64,000 nt of DNA, taken from positions 26,503-90,502 of the forward strand of contig CAVYIZ010000062.1 of the NCBI GenBank assembly GCA_963768555.1. The letters run 5' to 3'. Source of the DNA: an uncultured Alphaproteobacteria bacterium. Its GTDB lineage: Bacteria; Pseudomonadota; Alphaproteobacteria; Rhizobiales; Beijerinckiaceae. The translations under genes were made by a program, and so were the position numbers. Positions 36,884 to 47,505 of the stretch are shown in pieces; within the stretch, counting starts at the first letter, position 1; the number at the start of each line of letters is the position of its first letter. The notes under the pieces were generated by a model. The model did no database searches, was not told the DNA's origin, and saw nothing but the letters and a program-made list of their open reading frames with translations.

Positions 36884-38052
36884 ATGCTTATTCAGCAGAT
36901 TGCGCCCGTCGCCGAAAATGAGTTTGCCTCAGTTTTCGTCGCATTGGAACTGAGCCGATCGAAGTGGCTGGTAGGGGTCGGCACGCCGCAGAAGTGGACG
37001 GTTCGCCGGCACGCAGTGCAGGGCGGCGACCTTTATGGGTTGCTCGAGCTTTTGAGTCGGATCAGCGCCGGCGAGGAAAAGCGCAGCGGTCTTCCGGTCA
37101 AGGTTCATATTTGCTTCGAGGCTGGACGGGACGGCCATTGGCTGTATCGCGCCCTGAAGCTGGCGGGATACGATGTCTACGAGATCGAGCCGGCGAGCGT
37201 CGCGGTTGACCGGCGGGCGCGCCGCGCCAAGTCGGACGGCGTGGACGTCGAGAAGCTGGTGCGGACCTGGCGCGCCTCTTGAGGGGCGAGCTCGACGCCT
37301 GCCGGGTGGTCGAGGTCCCGAGCGAAGCGGAAGAAGACGGAAAGCGCCCACACCGCGAGTACGAACGGCTGGTCAAGGAACAGACGTCGCACAGCAACCG
37401 GGTGAAGGCCTTGCTGTTCGCCCAGGGCATCCGCGATTTCGACCCGATGGCGCCGGATCGGCTGGAGCGCATGGCGGCGTTGCCGATCCTGCCGAGGCTG
37501 AAGGCCGAGCTGAGCCGCGAATGCCGTCGCTTGGCCGGGATCATCGACGACATCGCCGAGGTCGAAGCGGAGATGAAGGCGGAGATCGTCCCGCCCAAGA
37601 AGGCGACTAAGGCCGGGGCCGCCTCGCCGACGCCGGGCCATGTGCAGACCAAGGCCGCCCAGCTCTACAAGCTCAAGAGCATCGGCGTCCGTTTCAGCAC
37701 CGTGCTCGCCGGCGAGGTCTATTATCGGACGTTTCAGAACCGGCGCGGCGTCGCGCAATATATCGGCCTGGCCCCGTCTCCTTTTCAAAGCGGCGACATG
37801 GCGCGCGATCAGGGGATCGCCAAAGCCGGCAACGGCCGGGCGCGCAAAGCGATGATCGAACTGTCCTGGCTCTGGCTGCGTCACCAGCCCGACAGCGCGC
37901 TCTCCAAGTGGTTCCGCCAGCGCGTCGGCGACCAGAAGGGGCGCGTGCGGCGCATCGCGATCGTCGCCATGGCGCGGAAACTCTCCGTTGCTCTGTGGCG
38001 CTACCTCGAGACCGGCCTCGTTCCCGAGGGGGCGGTCTTGAAGCGCGCCTGA
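36884..38052 (+). CDS. IS110 transposase B (frameshift near 37270)
   Basis: FVALELS, CFEAGRDGHWL, RAKSDGVD, LKSIG, GLAPSPFQSG, GIAKAGN, AIVAMARKL. Confidence 0.93.
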
Positions 38053-38089
38053 GCCGACCGAAAAGCGAGCGGCCGTTTCAAGCCGCTCG

Positions 38090-38240
38090 CCTCGTCCGGG
38101 ATGGGACCTGTGACCGCCCCCAGCCCTGGGGCCAAAAGCCCCGAGGGAGAGATTGGTCCGGTCCATCCCGGGCCTCGCGACCTGCGCACGCAGGATTATG
38201 GACCGGCCAAAGCGCCGACCGGATATAAGGTTGTAAGGGG
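38090..38240 (+). ncRNA. Predicted bridge/seek RNA of IS110-B
   Basis: Stem GGGATGG..CCATCCC enclosing CCCCAGCCCT-[GGGGC CAAAA GCCCC]-GAGGGAGAG matching target flanks; second loop AGGAT..ATATAAG weakly matching the donor junction. Confidence 0.75.
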
Positions 38241-38415
38241 CTCGCCCCCAGCCGAAGCGAGGCCCCATCCCACCGACGAGGCAAACCGGCGGAGCAAGCC
38301 GCTCGCTACGGCGCTTTGAAGGGCGCGCTTCGCGAGCGCCTTGCTCCGCCGCAGCTGCGCCACGTCCAAACATTTCAACCGCCAAACGCGGAGCGACTCC
38401 GCGCGCGTTCGATAC

Positions 38416-39872
38416 GGGTGCGGTCCAAAGTGATGCAATCATGCTGCGGATTTTTGTGATAGGGAGGGGCGGTTTTGATTTGCGGGCGAGCTGTTTTGGC
38501 CGCGCTTGCTCCAATAGGCGTCCCAGTCGCCGTTGATACGGGTGACGCGCAGGGCGAGCATGGCGTCGGCGCGCTCGACGCGCCACCAAGCTCCTGGCAG
38601 CTTCAGGCGCTTCTGTGCGATATAGCGATGCGCGCTTTCGATCTCTCCGGAGCCGATCGGCAGATCCCTGGCCAAGGCGTCACGATAGTCGAGTTGGTTT
38701 TTCCGACCGCTCAAATAGCGATGGCAAGTTCGGACGGGAGCTTGATCGTCGGCCAACTGCGGGGGCTCCAAGTGACGAGCGAGCGCCTGCAGCGTCTTCT
38801 CCAAATGCCCTGTCTTGAGAGCCTCCTTTTGCGCCTCCATCCAGGCCTCTTTCGCGGCGGCGTCTGGCGCAATCGCCTTGACGGCGGCGCTCAAATATTC
38901 GCAAACATGATAAAAATCAATCAAATAGCCGCCTTGTGGGCCGAATTGCGCTTCCACCTGACCCACGATCCAGGCCGCTCCGTCCCCGACCGCGTGAACG
39001 CGGGAATCGGCGCCGAAGCCGGCTCGAACCGCGCATCCGAGAAGTTGCCGTCCGGCGGTTTCGACACCGCCCTCGATCGCGCCGGCATAGATTGGCGTCC
39101 GGCTCCCCTTGGCGTGCGCGAGAGAAATCTTGGCTTCTCTCCACGACAGCGTCTTGCCTTTGCGCTTGTCCTTCTGGCGGGCGTCCGGCTCCACGATGGG
39201 GATCATGCCGCCATCGGTTTCAGCAACAATGTCCTTGTGACGCCCTGGCGCTTCGGGAAAATCTAGCGAGATCTTGCCGGCTTCGAACATGTTTCCGGCA
39301 TGGCCGAGTGTAACCCTCTGGATCGTGCTCTCTCCGATCTCGAAGCCGTAGTGCTCGCGCAACTTGGCGCGCGCCAGAGCGAAAGGCTGATCCGCGGCGA
39401 AGTCGACGATCGCGCGCTGTAGTGGGCCTGAACAACCCCGAGAAACGACTTTCGCGCTGCGCATGAACGGGCGAACGCGCTTCTTCTCGAACCGGTATTG
39501 CGGCTCTAAGACCGCGACCTCGCCGAATTTCGTATGCCAGCGGAGTTTTTTTACCTTGGCGATGCATCTGAGCTTGTCGACGAATTTCTCGTTCCGTCGC
39601 TTCGACCTGGTTCTCGGCCCATCCCTGCATCGCCTCCCGCCCCAACAGCCGCATCTCCTCCACGATCCGCTCCTCGACCGCATCGGCCTCCTTGAAGTTT
39701 CCCTCGCTGTTCTCTATCGCCCCAATTATCGACGCGAATCGATCGCGAAGACCAGGGTGCGCCTTGAGACTGGCCAAAATCGCCTTGTCGCTGAGTGTAG
39801 CGGCCGTCATCTGTTAAATTCCCATCCGTTTCCAAATCCGAACCTTACTCCGCATCACTTTGAATCGCACCC
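38416..39872 (-). mobile_element. ISKra4/UPF0236-like IS, copy 2
   Basis: Same TIRs as copy 1; 10-bp TSD CGTTCGATAC (38406-38415, 39873-39882); transposase 39810..38439 in two frames. Confidence 0.93.
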
Positions 39873-39954
39873 CGTTCGATACAAACCGCTTGACAATTCT
39901 CGCGCCATATGAGGGCCGGGGTGAGGGTCACGAATCCACGAAATTGCAAAACGC

Positions 39955-40848
39955 TCAGGCCGCGGGGGCGGACCCGATTTCGTGGTTGGCCATGATTTCG
40001 AGGGCGCGCACAATCCCGGAATGATCCCACTTCCCGCCGCCATGCGCCTTGCACGCGTTGAACAGCTCCTGGGCGCTGGCCGTATTGGGCAGCGCGACTC
40101 CGAGCGCGCGGGCGCTCGACAGCGCGAGATTGAGATCCTTCTGGTGCAGCTCGATGCGGAAGCCCGGATCGAAGGTGCGCTTGATCATGCGCTCGCCGTG
40201 CAGCTCGAGGATGCGAGAGGTGGCGAGGCCGCCCATCAGCGCCTGACGCACCTTCGCCGGATCGGCGCCGGCGCGCGAGGCGAACACGAGGGCTTCGCCG
40301 ACCGCCTCGATCGTCAGCGCGACGACGATCTGGTTGGCGACTTTGCAGGTCTGCCCTGCGCCGTTCCCGCCGACCAGGGTGATGTTCTTGCCCATCTTCT
40401 CGAGGAGCGGCTTGACCCTGTCGAACGTCTCCTGCGAGCCGCCGCACATGATCGACAGCGTCGCCTGCCGGGCGCCGACCTCGCCGCCGCTGACCGGCGC
40501 GTCGAGGTAGGAGCACCCCAAGTCCTCGATGCGCCTGGCGAAATCCTTCGTCGCGACCGGCGAAATGGAGCTCATGTCGACGACCGACTTGCCGGGCTTC
40601 AGGCCCTCGGCCACGCCGTCCTTGCCGAACAGCACGGCCTCGACGTCGGGGGTGTCCGGAACCATGATGATGACGACGTCGGCGGCCTCCGCCGCCTCCT
40701 TCGCCGATCGGCAAACCTTGGCGCGGGAGGCGAGCTCCGGCGCGACCGGCGACCGGTTGTAGAGGTTCAGTTCGTGCCCAGCGTCGATGAGATGGCCGGC
40801 CATGGGCCTGCCCATGATGCCGAGACCGATGAATCCGACTTTCGCCAT
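39955..40848 (-). CDS. glxR: Tartronate semialdehyde reductase (2-hydroxy-3-oxopropionate reductase)
   Basis: GFIGLGIMGRPMA, DAPVSGG, CKVANQ, FDPGFRIELHQKDL; operon context. Confidence 0.94.
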   Translation of the reverse strand: MAKVGFIGLGIMGRPMAGHLIDAGHELNLYNRSPVAPELASRAKVCRSAKEAAEAADVVIIMVPDTPDVEAVLFGKDGVAEGLKPGKSVVDMSSISPVATKDFARRIEDLGCSYLDAPVSGGEVGARQATLSIMCGGSQETFDRVKPLLEKMGKNITLVGGNGAGQTCKVANQIVVALTIEAVGEALVFASRAGADPAKVRQALMGGLATSRILELHGERMIKRTFDPGFRIELHQKDLNLALSSARALGVALPNTASAQELFNACKAHGGGKWDHSGIVRALEIMANHEIGSAPAA

Positions 40849-40875
40849 GGCGTTCTCCTTGATCTTTCGCGAAGG

Positions 40876-41658
40876 TCACGCGGCCGAAGCGCGCTCGAGC
40901 CAACCTAAGCCTTCGAGCGTCGTGGTCCTGGGCTTGTACTCGCAGCCGATCCAGCCGTCGTAGCCGATCTCGTCGAGCCGGCGGAACAGGAAATCGTAGT
41001 TGATCTCGCCCGTCCCCGGCTCGTTGCGGCCGGGATTGTCGGCGACCTGGATGTGTGCGATGCGCGGCAGGAGCCTCATCATCGTGGCGGTCAGCTCTCC
41101 CTCCATGCGCTGCATGTGGTAGATGTCGTACTGCAGCCATAAGTTTCGCTCGCCGACCTCGTCGAACAGTTTGAGCGTCTCAGCGGCGCGGCTGAGGTAG
41201 AAGCCCGGAATGTCGTAAGTATTGCACGGCTCGACGAGGAGCTTGACGCCAGCGCCTTCGAGCTCGCGCGCCGCGAAGCGCAGGTTCGCCACAAGGGTAG
41301 TGCGAACCTGGCCGGGCTCGGAGTCCTTCGGCGGGATGCCGACGATACAGTTCAGCCGCCCGCAGCCGAGCGCCTTCGCGTAAGAGAGCGCGAGGCCCAC
41401 TCCGTCGCGGAACTCGCCCTCGCGTCCGGGAAGGCACGCGATGCCGCGCTCGCCCTTGGCCCAGTCGCCAGCCGGCAGATTGTGCAGTGCCTGAGTGAGA
41501 CCGTGTCTGGCGAGCTGCTCGGCCAGCGCTTCCTTCGGGAACGGATAGGGAAAGAGATATTCGACGCCGCGGAAGCCTGCCTTGGCCGCGGCCTCGAAGC
41601 GGGCGAAAAAGTCGACCTCGTTGAACAGCATGGTGAGGTTGGCGGCGAATTTCGGCAT
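40876..41658 (-). CDS. hyi: Hydroxypyruvate isomerase
   Basis: MPKFAANLTMLF, VEYLFPY, QYDIYHMQ, HIQVADNPGRNEPGTGEINY. Confidence 0.95.
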   Translation of the reverse strand: MPKFAANLTMLFNEVDFFARFEAAAKAGFRGVEYLFPYPFPKEALAEQLARHGLTQALHNLPAGDWAKGERGIACLPGREGEFRDGVGLALSYAKALGCGRLNCIVGIPPKDSEPGQVRTTLVANLRFAARELEGAGVKLLVEPCNTYDIPGFYLSRAAETLKLFDEVGERNLWLQYDIYHMQRMEGELTATMMRLLPRIAHIQVADNPGRNEPGTGEINYDFLFRRLDEIGYDGWIGCEYKPRTTTLEGLGWLERASAA

Positions 41659-41683
41659 GAACGTGACTCCCAAGCAGGACCCC

Positions 41684-41823
41684 TCCTCCTTCGAGACGCT
41701 CGCTTCGCGGGCTCCTCAGGATGACGGCGTCCATTCCATTCCGCATCCTGAGGCGCCCTTTGCCGAGAGGCAAAGGGCCTCGAAGGATGCTCGCTTCCCG
41801 CCGGGCTCCTCGAGGCATGAGGA
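41684..41823. repeat. REP-like palindromic repeat between gcl and hyi
   Basis: CCTTCGAGACG..CTCCTCAGGATGA and the inverted unit CATCCTGAGG..CCTCGAAGG. Confidence 0.7.
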
Positions 41824-41837
41824 CGCGAGGGCGGCTC

Positions 41838-43613
41838 TCAATCGAGCAGAGCGATGGCGGTCGGCGCGTCGCTCTTGTCCCGGGCGAGATCCTCGAATTC
41901 GGTGATGGTGTCGATCTCGGCGCCCATGGAAATGTTGGTGACGCGTTCGAGGATGATTTCCACCACGACAGGCGTCATGAATTCCTTCGTCATCGCCCGC
42001 GCTTGGCTCAGCGCCTCGCCGATCTTCTCCGGGTCGGAGACGCGGATCGCCTTGCAGCCGAGCCCCTCTGCGACCTTGACATGATCGACGCCGTAGACGC
42101 CAAGCTCCGGCGAATTGACGTTCTCGAACGAGAGCTGCACCGAATAGTCCATGTTGAAGCCGCGCTGCGACTGACGGATGAGGCCGAGATAGGAATTGTT
42201 CACGACCACGTGGACGTAGCGCAGCTTGAACTGGGCGCCGACCGCCAGCTCCTCGATCATGAACTGGAAATCGTAGTCGCCGGAAATGGCGACGATCTCG
42301 CGTTCGGGGTCGGCCGCCCGCACGCCGAGCGCGGCCGGAATCGTCCACCCGAGCGGGCCCGCCTGGCCGCAGTTGATCCAATGCCGCGGCTTGTAGACGT
42401 GCAGGAACTGGGCGGCGGCGATCTGCGACAGCCCGATGGTCGAGACGTAGCAGACGTCCTTGCCGAACGCCTTGTTCATTTCCTCGTAGACCCGCTGCGG
42501 CTTGATCGGCTTATCGTCGAAATGCGTGCGGCGCAGCATGGTCTTCTTGCGCTCGCGGCATTCATCGACCCAGGCGGCGCGGTCCTTGATCGCCTTGTGC
42601 GCCTTCAGCTCGTGCGCCGCCTCGACGAAGAGATCGAGCGCGGCCTTCGCGTCGGAGGCGATGCCGAGATCGGGGTTGAAGACGCGGCCGATCTGCGTCG
42701 GCTCGACGTCGACATGGACGAACTTGCGCCCTTTCGTGTAGACGTCGATCGATCCGGTGTGGCGGTTCGCCCAGCGGTTGCCGATGCCGAGAACGAAGTC
42801 CGAGGCGAGCATCGTCGCATTGCCGTAGCGATGCGCAGTCTGCAGTCCCGCCATGCCGGCCATCAGCGGATGGTCGTCGGGGATCGAGCCCCAGCCCATC
42901 AGCGTCGGAATGACGGGCGCGCCCATGAGTTCGGCGAATTCGACGAGCAGCTTCGACGCGTCGGCGTTGATGATGCCGCCGCCGGCGACGATCAGCGGGC
43001 GTTCGGCCTCCTGCATCATGGCGAGCGCCTTGTCGACCTGGGCGCGCGTCGCCCTGGGCTTATAGACCGGCAGCGGCTCGTAGGTCTCAATGTCGAACTC
43101 GATCTCGGCCATCTGCACGTCGAACGGCAGGTCGACGAGGACGGGGCCCGGGCGACCCGAGCGCATGACATGGAAGGCCTGCTGGAAGATGCGCGGCACG
43201 AGCGCAGGCTCGCGCGCCATCACCGCCCATTTGGCGACGGGCTTGGCGATCTCGGCGATTTCCACCGCCTGGAAGTCCTCCTTGTACAGCCGCGCGCGCG
43301 GCGCTTGGCCGGTGATGCAGAGGATCGGAATCGAATCCGCGGCGGCCGAGTAGAGGCCGGTGATCATGTCCGTGCCGGCCGGCCCGGAGGTGCCGATGCA
43401 GACGCCAATATTGCCGGGGTTGGCCCGCGTAAAACCCTCGGCCATGTGGGAGGCGCCCTCGACGTGGCGGGCGAGCACATGGCTGATGGTGTTGCGCGGC
43501 TTCAGCGCCGCATAGAGCGGATTGATGGCCGCGCCGGGGACGCCGAAGGCCTTGGTGACGCCTTCCTTCTCCATAACCAGAACCGCGGCCGCGGCCGCCG
43601 TCATCCGCGTCAT
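41838..43613 (-). CDS. gcl: Glyoxylate carboligase
   Basis: [55 protein letters not shown]. Confidence 0.97.
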   Translation of the reverse strand: MTRMTAAAAAVLVMEKEGVTKAFGVPGAAINPLYAALKPRNTISHVLARHVEGASHMAEGFTRANPGNIGVCIGTSGPAGTDMITGLYSAAADSIPILCITGQAPRARLYKEDFQAVEIAEIAKPVAKWAVMAREPALVPRIFQQAFHVMRSGRPGPVLVDLPFDVQMAEIEFDIETYEPLPVYKPRATRAQVDKALAMMQEAERPLIVAGGGIINADASKLLVEFAELMGAPVIPTLMGWGSIPDDHPLMAGMAGLQTAHRYGNATMLASDFVLGIGNRWANRHTGSIDVYTKGRKFVHVDVEPTQIGRVFNPDLGIASDAKAALDLFVEAAHELKAHKAIKDRAAWVDECRERKKTMLRRTHFDDKPIKPQRVYEEMNKAFGKDVCYVSTIGLSQIAAAQFLHVYKPRHWINCGQAGPLGWTIPAALGVRAADPEREIVAISGDYDFQFMIEELAVGAQFKLRYVHVVVNNSYLGLIRQSQRGFNMDYSVQLSFENVNSPELGVYGVDHVKVAEGLGCKAIRVSDPEKIGEALSQARAMTKEFMTPVVVEIILERVTNISMGAEIDTITEFEDLARDKSDAPTAIALLD

Positions 43614-43736
43614 CGGGAGTTCTCCTCCGTCTTGCGCCCGCGCACATCGCCCTGCCAAGGGATCGCCGGCTCTCGAGCGTCTTCGACGACTATACGAGCG
43701 GGGCGAGCGCCGGAACGTCAGCTGCCTCCATACCAA

Positions 43737-44672
43737 TCATTCCGCGGCGGAATAGCTCGACCGATTGAGATCCACGTTCCACCATTCGCCGCGGAAATGC
43801 TGCTGAAGGAAGGCGATAAGGGCCAGAACCTTGGCCGGGACGAAGCGCGGCGAGGGAAACACGACGTTGATCTCCTGCTTCGGAAGAACATGGTCCGCGA
43901 GCAGGATGCGCAATTCCGCCGACCGCAGCGGGTCCGCGGCGAGATACATCGGCAGGATCGCGACTCCCATGCCGGCGCGCGCGGCGCTGAGCAGGATCGA
44001 GAGATTGTTCGACTTGAGCGGGCCGTTCACGCCGACGACGCTTTCGTTTCCCGATGCGTCCGTGAGGCGCCAGACTTCGTCGCCCTGCACGGTCGAGTAG
44101 ATGAGGCAATCGTGCGCGGCCAGCTCGCCCGGCGCCTGCGGCTCGCCGCGTGTGTCGAGATAGGCGTTCGAGGCGCTCATCACCCACGGGTTCGAGCCGA
44201 TGCAGCGGCAACCGAGCGACGAATCCGCGAGCTTGCCAAGGCGGATCACCATGTCGAGGCCGTGTGCGACGACGTCGACATAGCGGTCCTCGCAGTTCAA
44301 ATCGATCTTGAGCCTCCGATGCTGCTTCAGGAACTCGAAGACGAGCGGCGCGATCACGTTGCGCCCGAACGCCATGGACGCCCCGACGCGCAGCAATCCG
44401 ACGAGATCGCCGCGCCGCTCGTTGACGATCGTCTCCGTCGCCTCGAATTCGTGCAGAACGAGCTTGCAGCGCTGGAAATAGAGCGAGCCGATTTCGGTCA
44501 CGCCGACGCCGCGCGAGTTGCGGTTGAGCAGGCGCGCGCCGAGCCGCCGTTCGAGTTCGGAGACATGCTTGGTGACCGTCGGTTGGGTGAGGCCGAAATC
44601 GTTCGCCGCGCGCGAAAAGCTGCCCGTCTCGACGACGCGAACGAAAAGCTGAAGTCCGGTCAACCGATCCAT
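43737..44672 (-). CDS. LysR-family regulator (CrgA-like)
   Basis: FVRVVETGSFSRAA..QPTVTKHVSELERRLGARLLNR. Confidence 0.93.
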   Translation of the reverse strand: MDRLTGLQLFVRVVETGSFSRAANDFGLTQPTVTKHVSELERRLGARLLNRNSRGVGVTEIGSLYFQRCKLVLHEFEATETIVNERRGDLVGLLRVGASMAFGRNVIAPLVFEFLKQHRRLKIDLNCEDRYVDVVAHGLDMVIRLGKLADSSLGCRCIGSNPWVMSASNAYLDTRGEPQAPGELAAHDCLIYSTVQGDEVWRLTDASGNESVVGVNGPLKSNNLSILLSAARAGMGVAILPMYLAADPLRSAELRILLADHVLPKQEINVVFPSPRFVPAKVLALIAFLQQHFRGEWWNVDLNRSSYSAAE

Positions 44673-45112
44673 CTCGCGAAAAGCGGCCTCCGGTTCCGGC
44701 CGCTTCCGGCCGGGTCTCGGTTCGAGTCATAGCGCCAATCCGTCCCGAATGCGCGGCGCAAAGAGCCGTTTGCGCCCTGCAAATCTGAAACGCCGTCGGT
44801 GTGAGCGGTGGGCGCGGCTTCGCCGGCCGCGTCCGTCTCCGGCCTCTCTGGCCGCCCGTCGCGTCACGGCGGAAAGATCGGCCCACCAGTTCCGCACGAC
44901 CCACAGCCGATGATCGAGCAGCGTGCCCTGGCCGCCGGTGAATTGCAGCCAACTTGTGCACGAGCCCGCGCTCCACCGCGGTCAGCACGGTGCGGCCTTC
45001 GCTCGCGGCGAAGGCGAACTCGGCGCGAAAGCCGCCGCCGTTGGCGCGTTTGATCGATGACACAGGTTTTGACGCTTGAGAATTTGCTGCCTTCGGTGTT
45101 AATCTAGTCAGC

Positions 45113-45412
45113 ATGACCAGAATCGCTAAAACCACGCCGCCGAAGCCCCCGCGTCCGCCCGGCCGTTGGATGCTGCAGGACGCTAAGGCGCGCTTCAGCG
45201 AACTGGTGCGGCGCGCGCGCAGCGAGGGGCCGCAGCACGTCACCGTGCATGGGCGCGATGAAGTCGTCGTCATATCCGCCGAAGAATTTCACCGGCTCAA
45301 GGGCGACCGCACCGGCGAGGCGCTGATCGGCGCTCTTCAGGCGTCGCCCTATCGCGACATCGATCTCGAGCCACAGCGGGCGCCGATGCCGGTGCGCGGG
45401 GTCGATCTGTGA
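45113..45412 (+). CDS. Phd/YefM antitoxin
   Basis: WMLQDAKARFSELVRRARSEGPQHVT; palindrome TAGTCA-GCA-TGACCA over the start codon. Confidence 0.92.
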   Translation: MTRIAKTTPPKPPRPPGRWMLQDAKARFSELVRRARSEGPQHVTVHGRDEVVVISAEEFHRLKGDRTGEALIGALQASPYRDIDLEPQRAPMPVRGVDL

Positions 45413-45846
45413 CGGGATGGCTGGTCGATACGAACATTCTTTCCGAACTGCGTCGGCCTAAGCCGGAGCCGAAAGTTGCGGCCTTCATCGCGGCGCAGGG
45501 GCTCGATCGGCTCTACGTCAGTTCGGTAACATTCGCAGAAATCCGATTTGGCATCGAACGCATCGCCGACCCTGTGCGCCGCGCGGAATTGAATGACTGG
45601 CTCGCGCTGAAAGTGCGGCCGATGTTCGAGCAGCGCGTTCTCCCGGTCAGTGAGGATGTGATGTTCAAATGGCGGCTCCTGGTCGAGGACGGCCGCAAAG
45701 CGGGACACACCTTTTCGCAGCCCGATCTCATCATCGCCGCGACCGCGCTCAATCACGGCCTGACAGTCGTCACGCGCGACACGAGCGACTACGAGAAGGC
45801 GCGCGTTCGGGTGCTCAATCCCTGGATGGCCCCGATCGAGAACTGA
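45409..45846 (+). CDS. vapC: VapC PIN-domain toxin
   Basis: WLVDTNILSE, FAEIRFG, DLIIAATA, VVTRD, NPW. Confidence 0.93.
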   Translation: MTGWLVDTNILSELRRPKPEPKVAAFIAAQGLDRLYVSSVTFAEIRFGIERIADPVRRAELNDWLALKVRPMFEQRVLPVSEDVMFKWRLLVEDGRKAGHTFSQPDLIIAATALNHGLTVVTRDTSDYEKARVRVLNPWMAPIEN

Positions 45847-45888
45847 GCGAGGCCGCGTCGCCCTTCCCTGCCCGCTCGGAGGCGAAGT

Positions 45889-46869
45889 CTACGAGCGATG
45901 CTCAAACGAACCCACAATAAACACCGTCCGGCTGGCACTGTCGTCGTGTCGCCACGCCTGCTCGACCTCGGACAGCGGAACGGGCTTGGCTGCAATCTGG
46001 AACCCGCCCGGAACCGTCGCCTGAAACAGCGCGTCGATGGCGCGGACGAGCCGGTCGAAGGGGACGCTGCCGAGGCCGCTGCCCATCAGTTCGATCGTCG
46101 AGGAGCGGAGAATTGCGCTCGGCAGTGTTATGTCGACCCCGCCAATAGAGCCGACCTGGACGAACCGGATCGGCTTGACGTTCCTCCCCGCCGTTGCCCC
46201 GGCGGCCAGCAGCAGTTCGGCGCTGCGGCCCCAGAGGTAGTCGACCACGACGTCGACGCCGGCCGCGAACTGCTCCCCGAAGGCGCTCGCCAGCGCAGAA
46301 TCGTCCTCGACCAGCGGGATGGTCGCGTCGGCCCCGAGCGACGCGACCTCGTCGAGGACCTTGACGTTGCGCCCTGTCGCAATGACTTTCGACGCCCCGA
46401 GGCGTTTGGCGATCTGCACCGCGAGGCGCCCCGACGCGCCGGTCGCGCCGTTGACCAGCACGGTTTCTCCGGCCTCGAGGCGGGCGCGCTCTGTCAGCGC
46501 CGCCCATGACGACATGCCGGGATTGGCGATCGCGGCGGCGGTCACGTCGTCGAGGTCGGCCGGCAGCGCCAGGCATCGCGCCGCCGGCACGACGGTCCTT
46601 TCCGCCATGGCGCCGAAAGGAACGCTCGGCATGATGAAGTACACGCGCCGCCCGTCGCCGAGCCGTCCCACGCCGTCGAAGCCGGCGACGAAAGGGAAAT
46701 CGCTTGACGCGCTGTAGTGCGTCCCCGAGGCCCGGCCCTTGGCCAGGCAACTCATGGCGGAGGCCGTGACCGACACGAGGCATTCGCCCTCCGACCCTGC
46801 GGGCTCGCTGAAATCGCCATAGACGGGCGTCTGCCCGGGCCCCCGCACGATTGCGGCTTTCATCGCCAT
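45889..46869 (-). CDS. MDR-family NADPH:quinone-oxidoreductase-like protein
   Basis: PFVAGFDGVG, ANPGMSSW, VLVNGATGASG, DVVVDYLWG. Confidence 0.88.
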   Translation of the reverse strand: MAMKAAIVRGPGQTPVYGDFSEPAGSEGECLVSVTASAMSCLAKGRASGTHYSASSDFPFVAGFDGVGRLGDGRRVYFIMPSVPFGAMAERTVVPAARCLALPADLDDVTAAAIANPGMSSWAALTERARLEAGETVLVNGATGASGRLAVQIAKRLGASKVIATGRNVKVLDEVASLGADATIPLVEDDSALASAFGEQFAAGVDVVVDYLWGRSAELLLAAGATAGRNVKPIRFVQVGSIGGVDITLPSAILRSSTIELMGSGLGSVPFDRLVRAIDALFQATVPGGFQIAAKPVPLSEVEQAWRHDDSASRTVFIVGSFEHRS

Positions 46870-46890
46870 TTCCCTTCCAAGGGTCGCGAC

Positions 46891-46911
46891 ATATGTGTAT
46901 AATGCACATAT
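46891..46911. promoter_or_regulatory. Probable MarR operator
   Basis: ATATGTG-TATAATG-CACATAT inverted repeat enclosing TATAAT, between the divergent oxidoreductase and marR-like genes. Confidence 0.7.
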
Positions 46912-46941
46912 CCGGGCCCGCCGACGCCGTCAAGGAAAAAC

Positions 46942-47418
46942 ATGCAGAATGCGCATATGAGGGCCCAGCTCCGGGCGCTTCACGGGGCGGTGCTGGACAT
47001 CGTCAGTTTCATGAACCGGCCGCAGAACGACGAGGCCCTGATCAGGGAAGCCAATATCCCCCTCGATCGCGCCCTGTTTCCGTTGCTGGTCGGGATCGAG
47101 CGCTTCGGCCCGATCGGCGTGGTCGACCTCGCCGACCGCATAGGGCGGGACTACACGACCGTCAGCCGTCAGGTTGCGAAGTTGGAGAGCCTCGGCCTCG
47201 TCGAGCGCCGGCAAAACCCCGTCGACCGCCGGCTGCGCGAGACCGTCATCACGTCGAAAGGGAAGGCCATGACGGACGCCGTGGACGCGGCGCGCGGCAG
47301 GATGGGCCGCGCCATCTTTGCAACGTGGGACGCGCGCGAGATGGACGAGCTGGTGCGGCTCGTGCGCAAATTCGCGGACGCCATCCAGCGCGAACAATCC
47401 GAGCGCTCGCCGTCATGA
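46942..47418 (+). CDS. MarR-family regulator
   Basis: DLADRIGRDYTTVSRQVAKLESLGLVER..DRR. Confidence 0.92.
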   Translation: MQNAHMRAQLRALHGAVLDIVSFMNRPQNDEALIREANIPLDRALFPLLVGIERFGPIGVVDLADRIGRDYTTVSRQVAKLESLGLVERRQNPVDRRLRETVITSKGKAMTDAVDAARGRMGRAIFATWDAREMDELVRLVRKFADAIQREQSERSPS

Positions 47419-47505
47419 GCCGGCGGGACTCACCTTAGCGCGCGGCCAATCTCGCTTCGGTCCCGACCGCGCGGCGAGAAGCGCGCCGTCCCAGGCGTGT
47501 TCCAG

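Larger units (their letters stand above)
36812..39913 (+). mobile_element. IS110-family element B (downstream non-coding end, IS1111-like layout) with nested ISKra4-like IS
   Basis: Core GAG at 36812-36814 and 39911-39913; TTGACA at 39890-39895 near the right end; removing the element restores a REP-like unit. Confidence 0.85.

Noticed and set aside
19918-39872. Composite transposon or duplication between the two ISKra4-like copies
   Set aside because: Each copy has its own TSD, indicating independent insertions
44730-45100. Possible gene remnant between the LysR gene and the antitoxin
   Set aside because: No recognisable motif or credible start; cannot be supported
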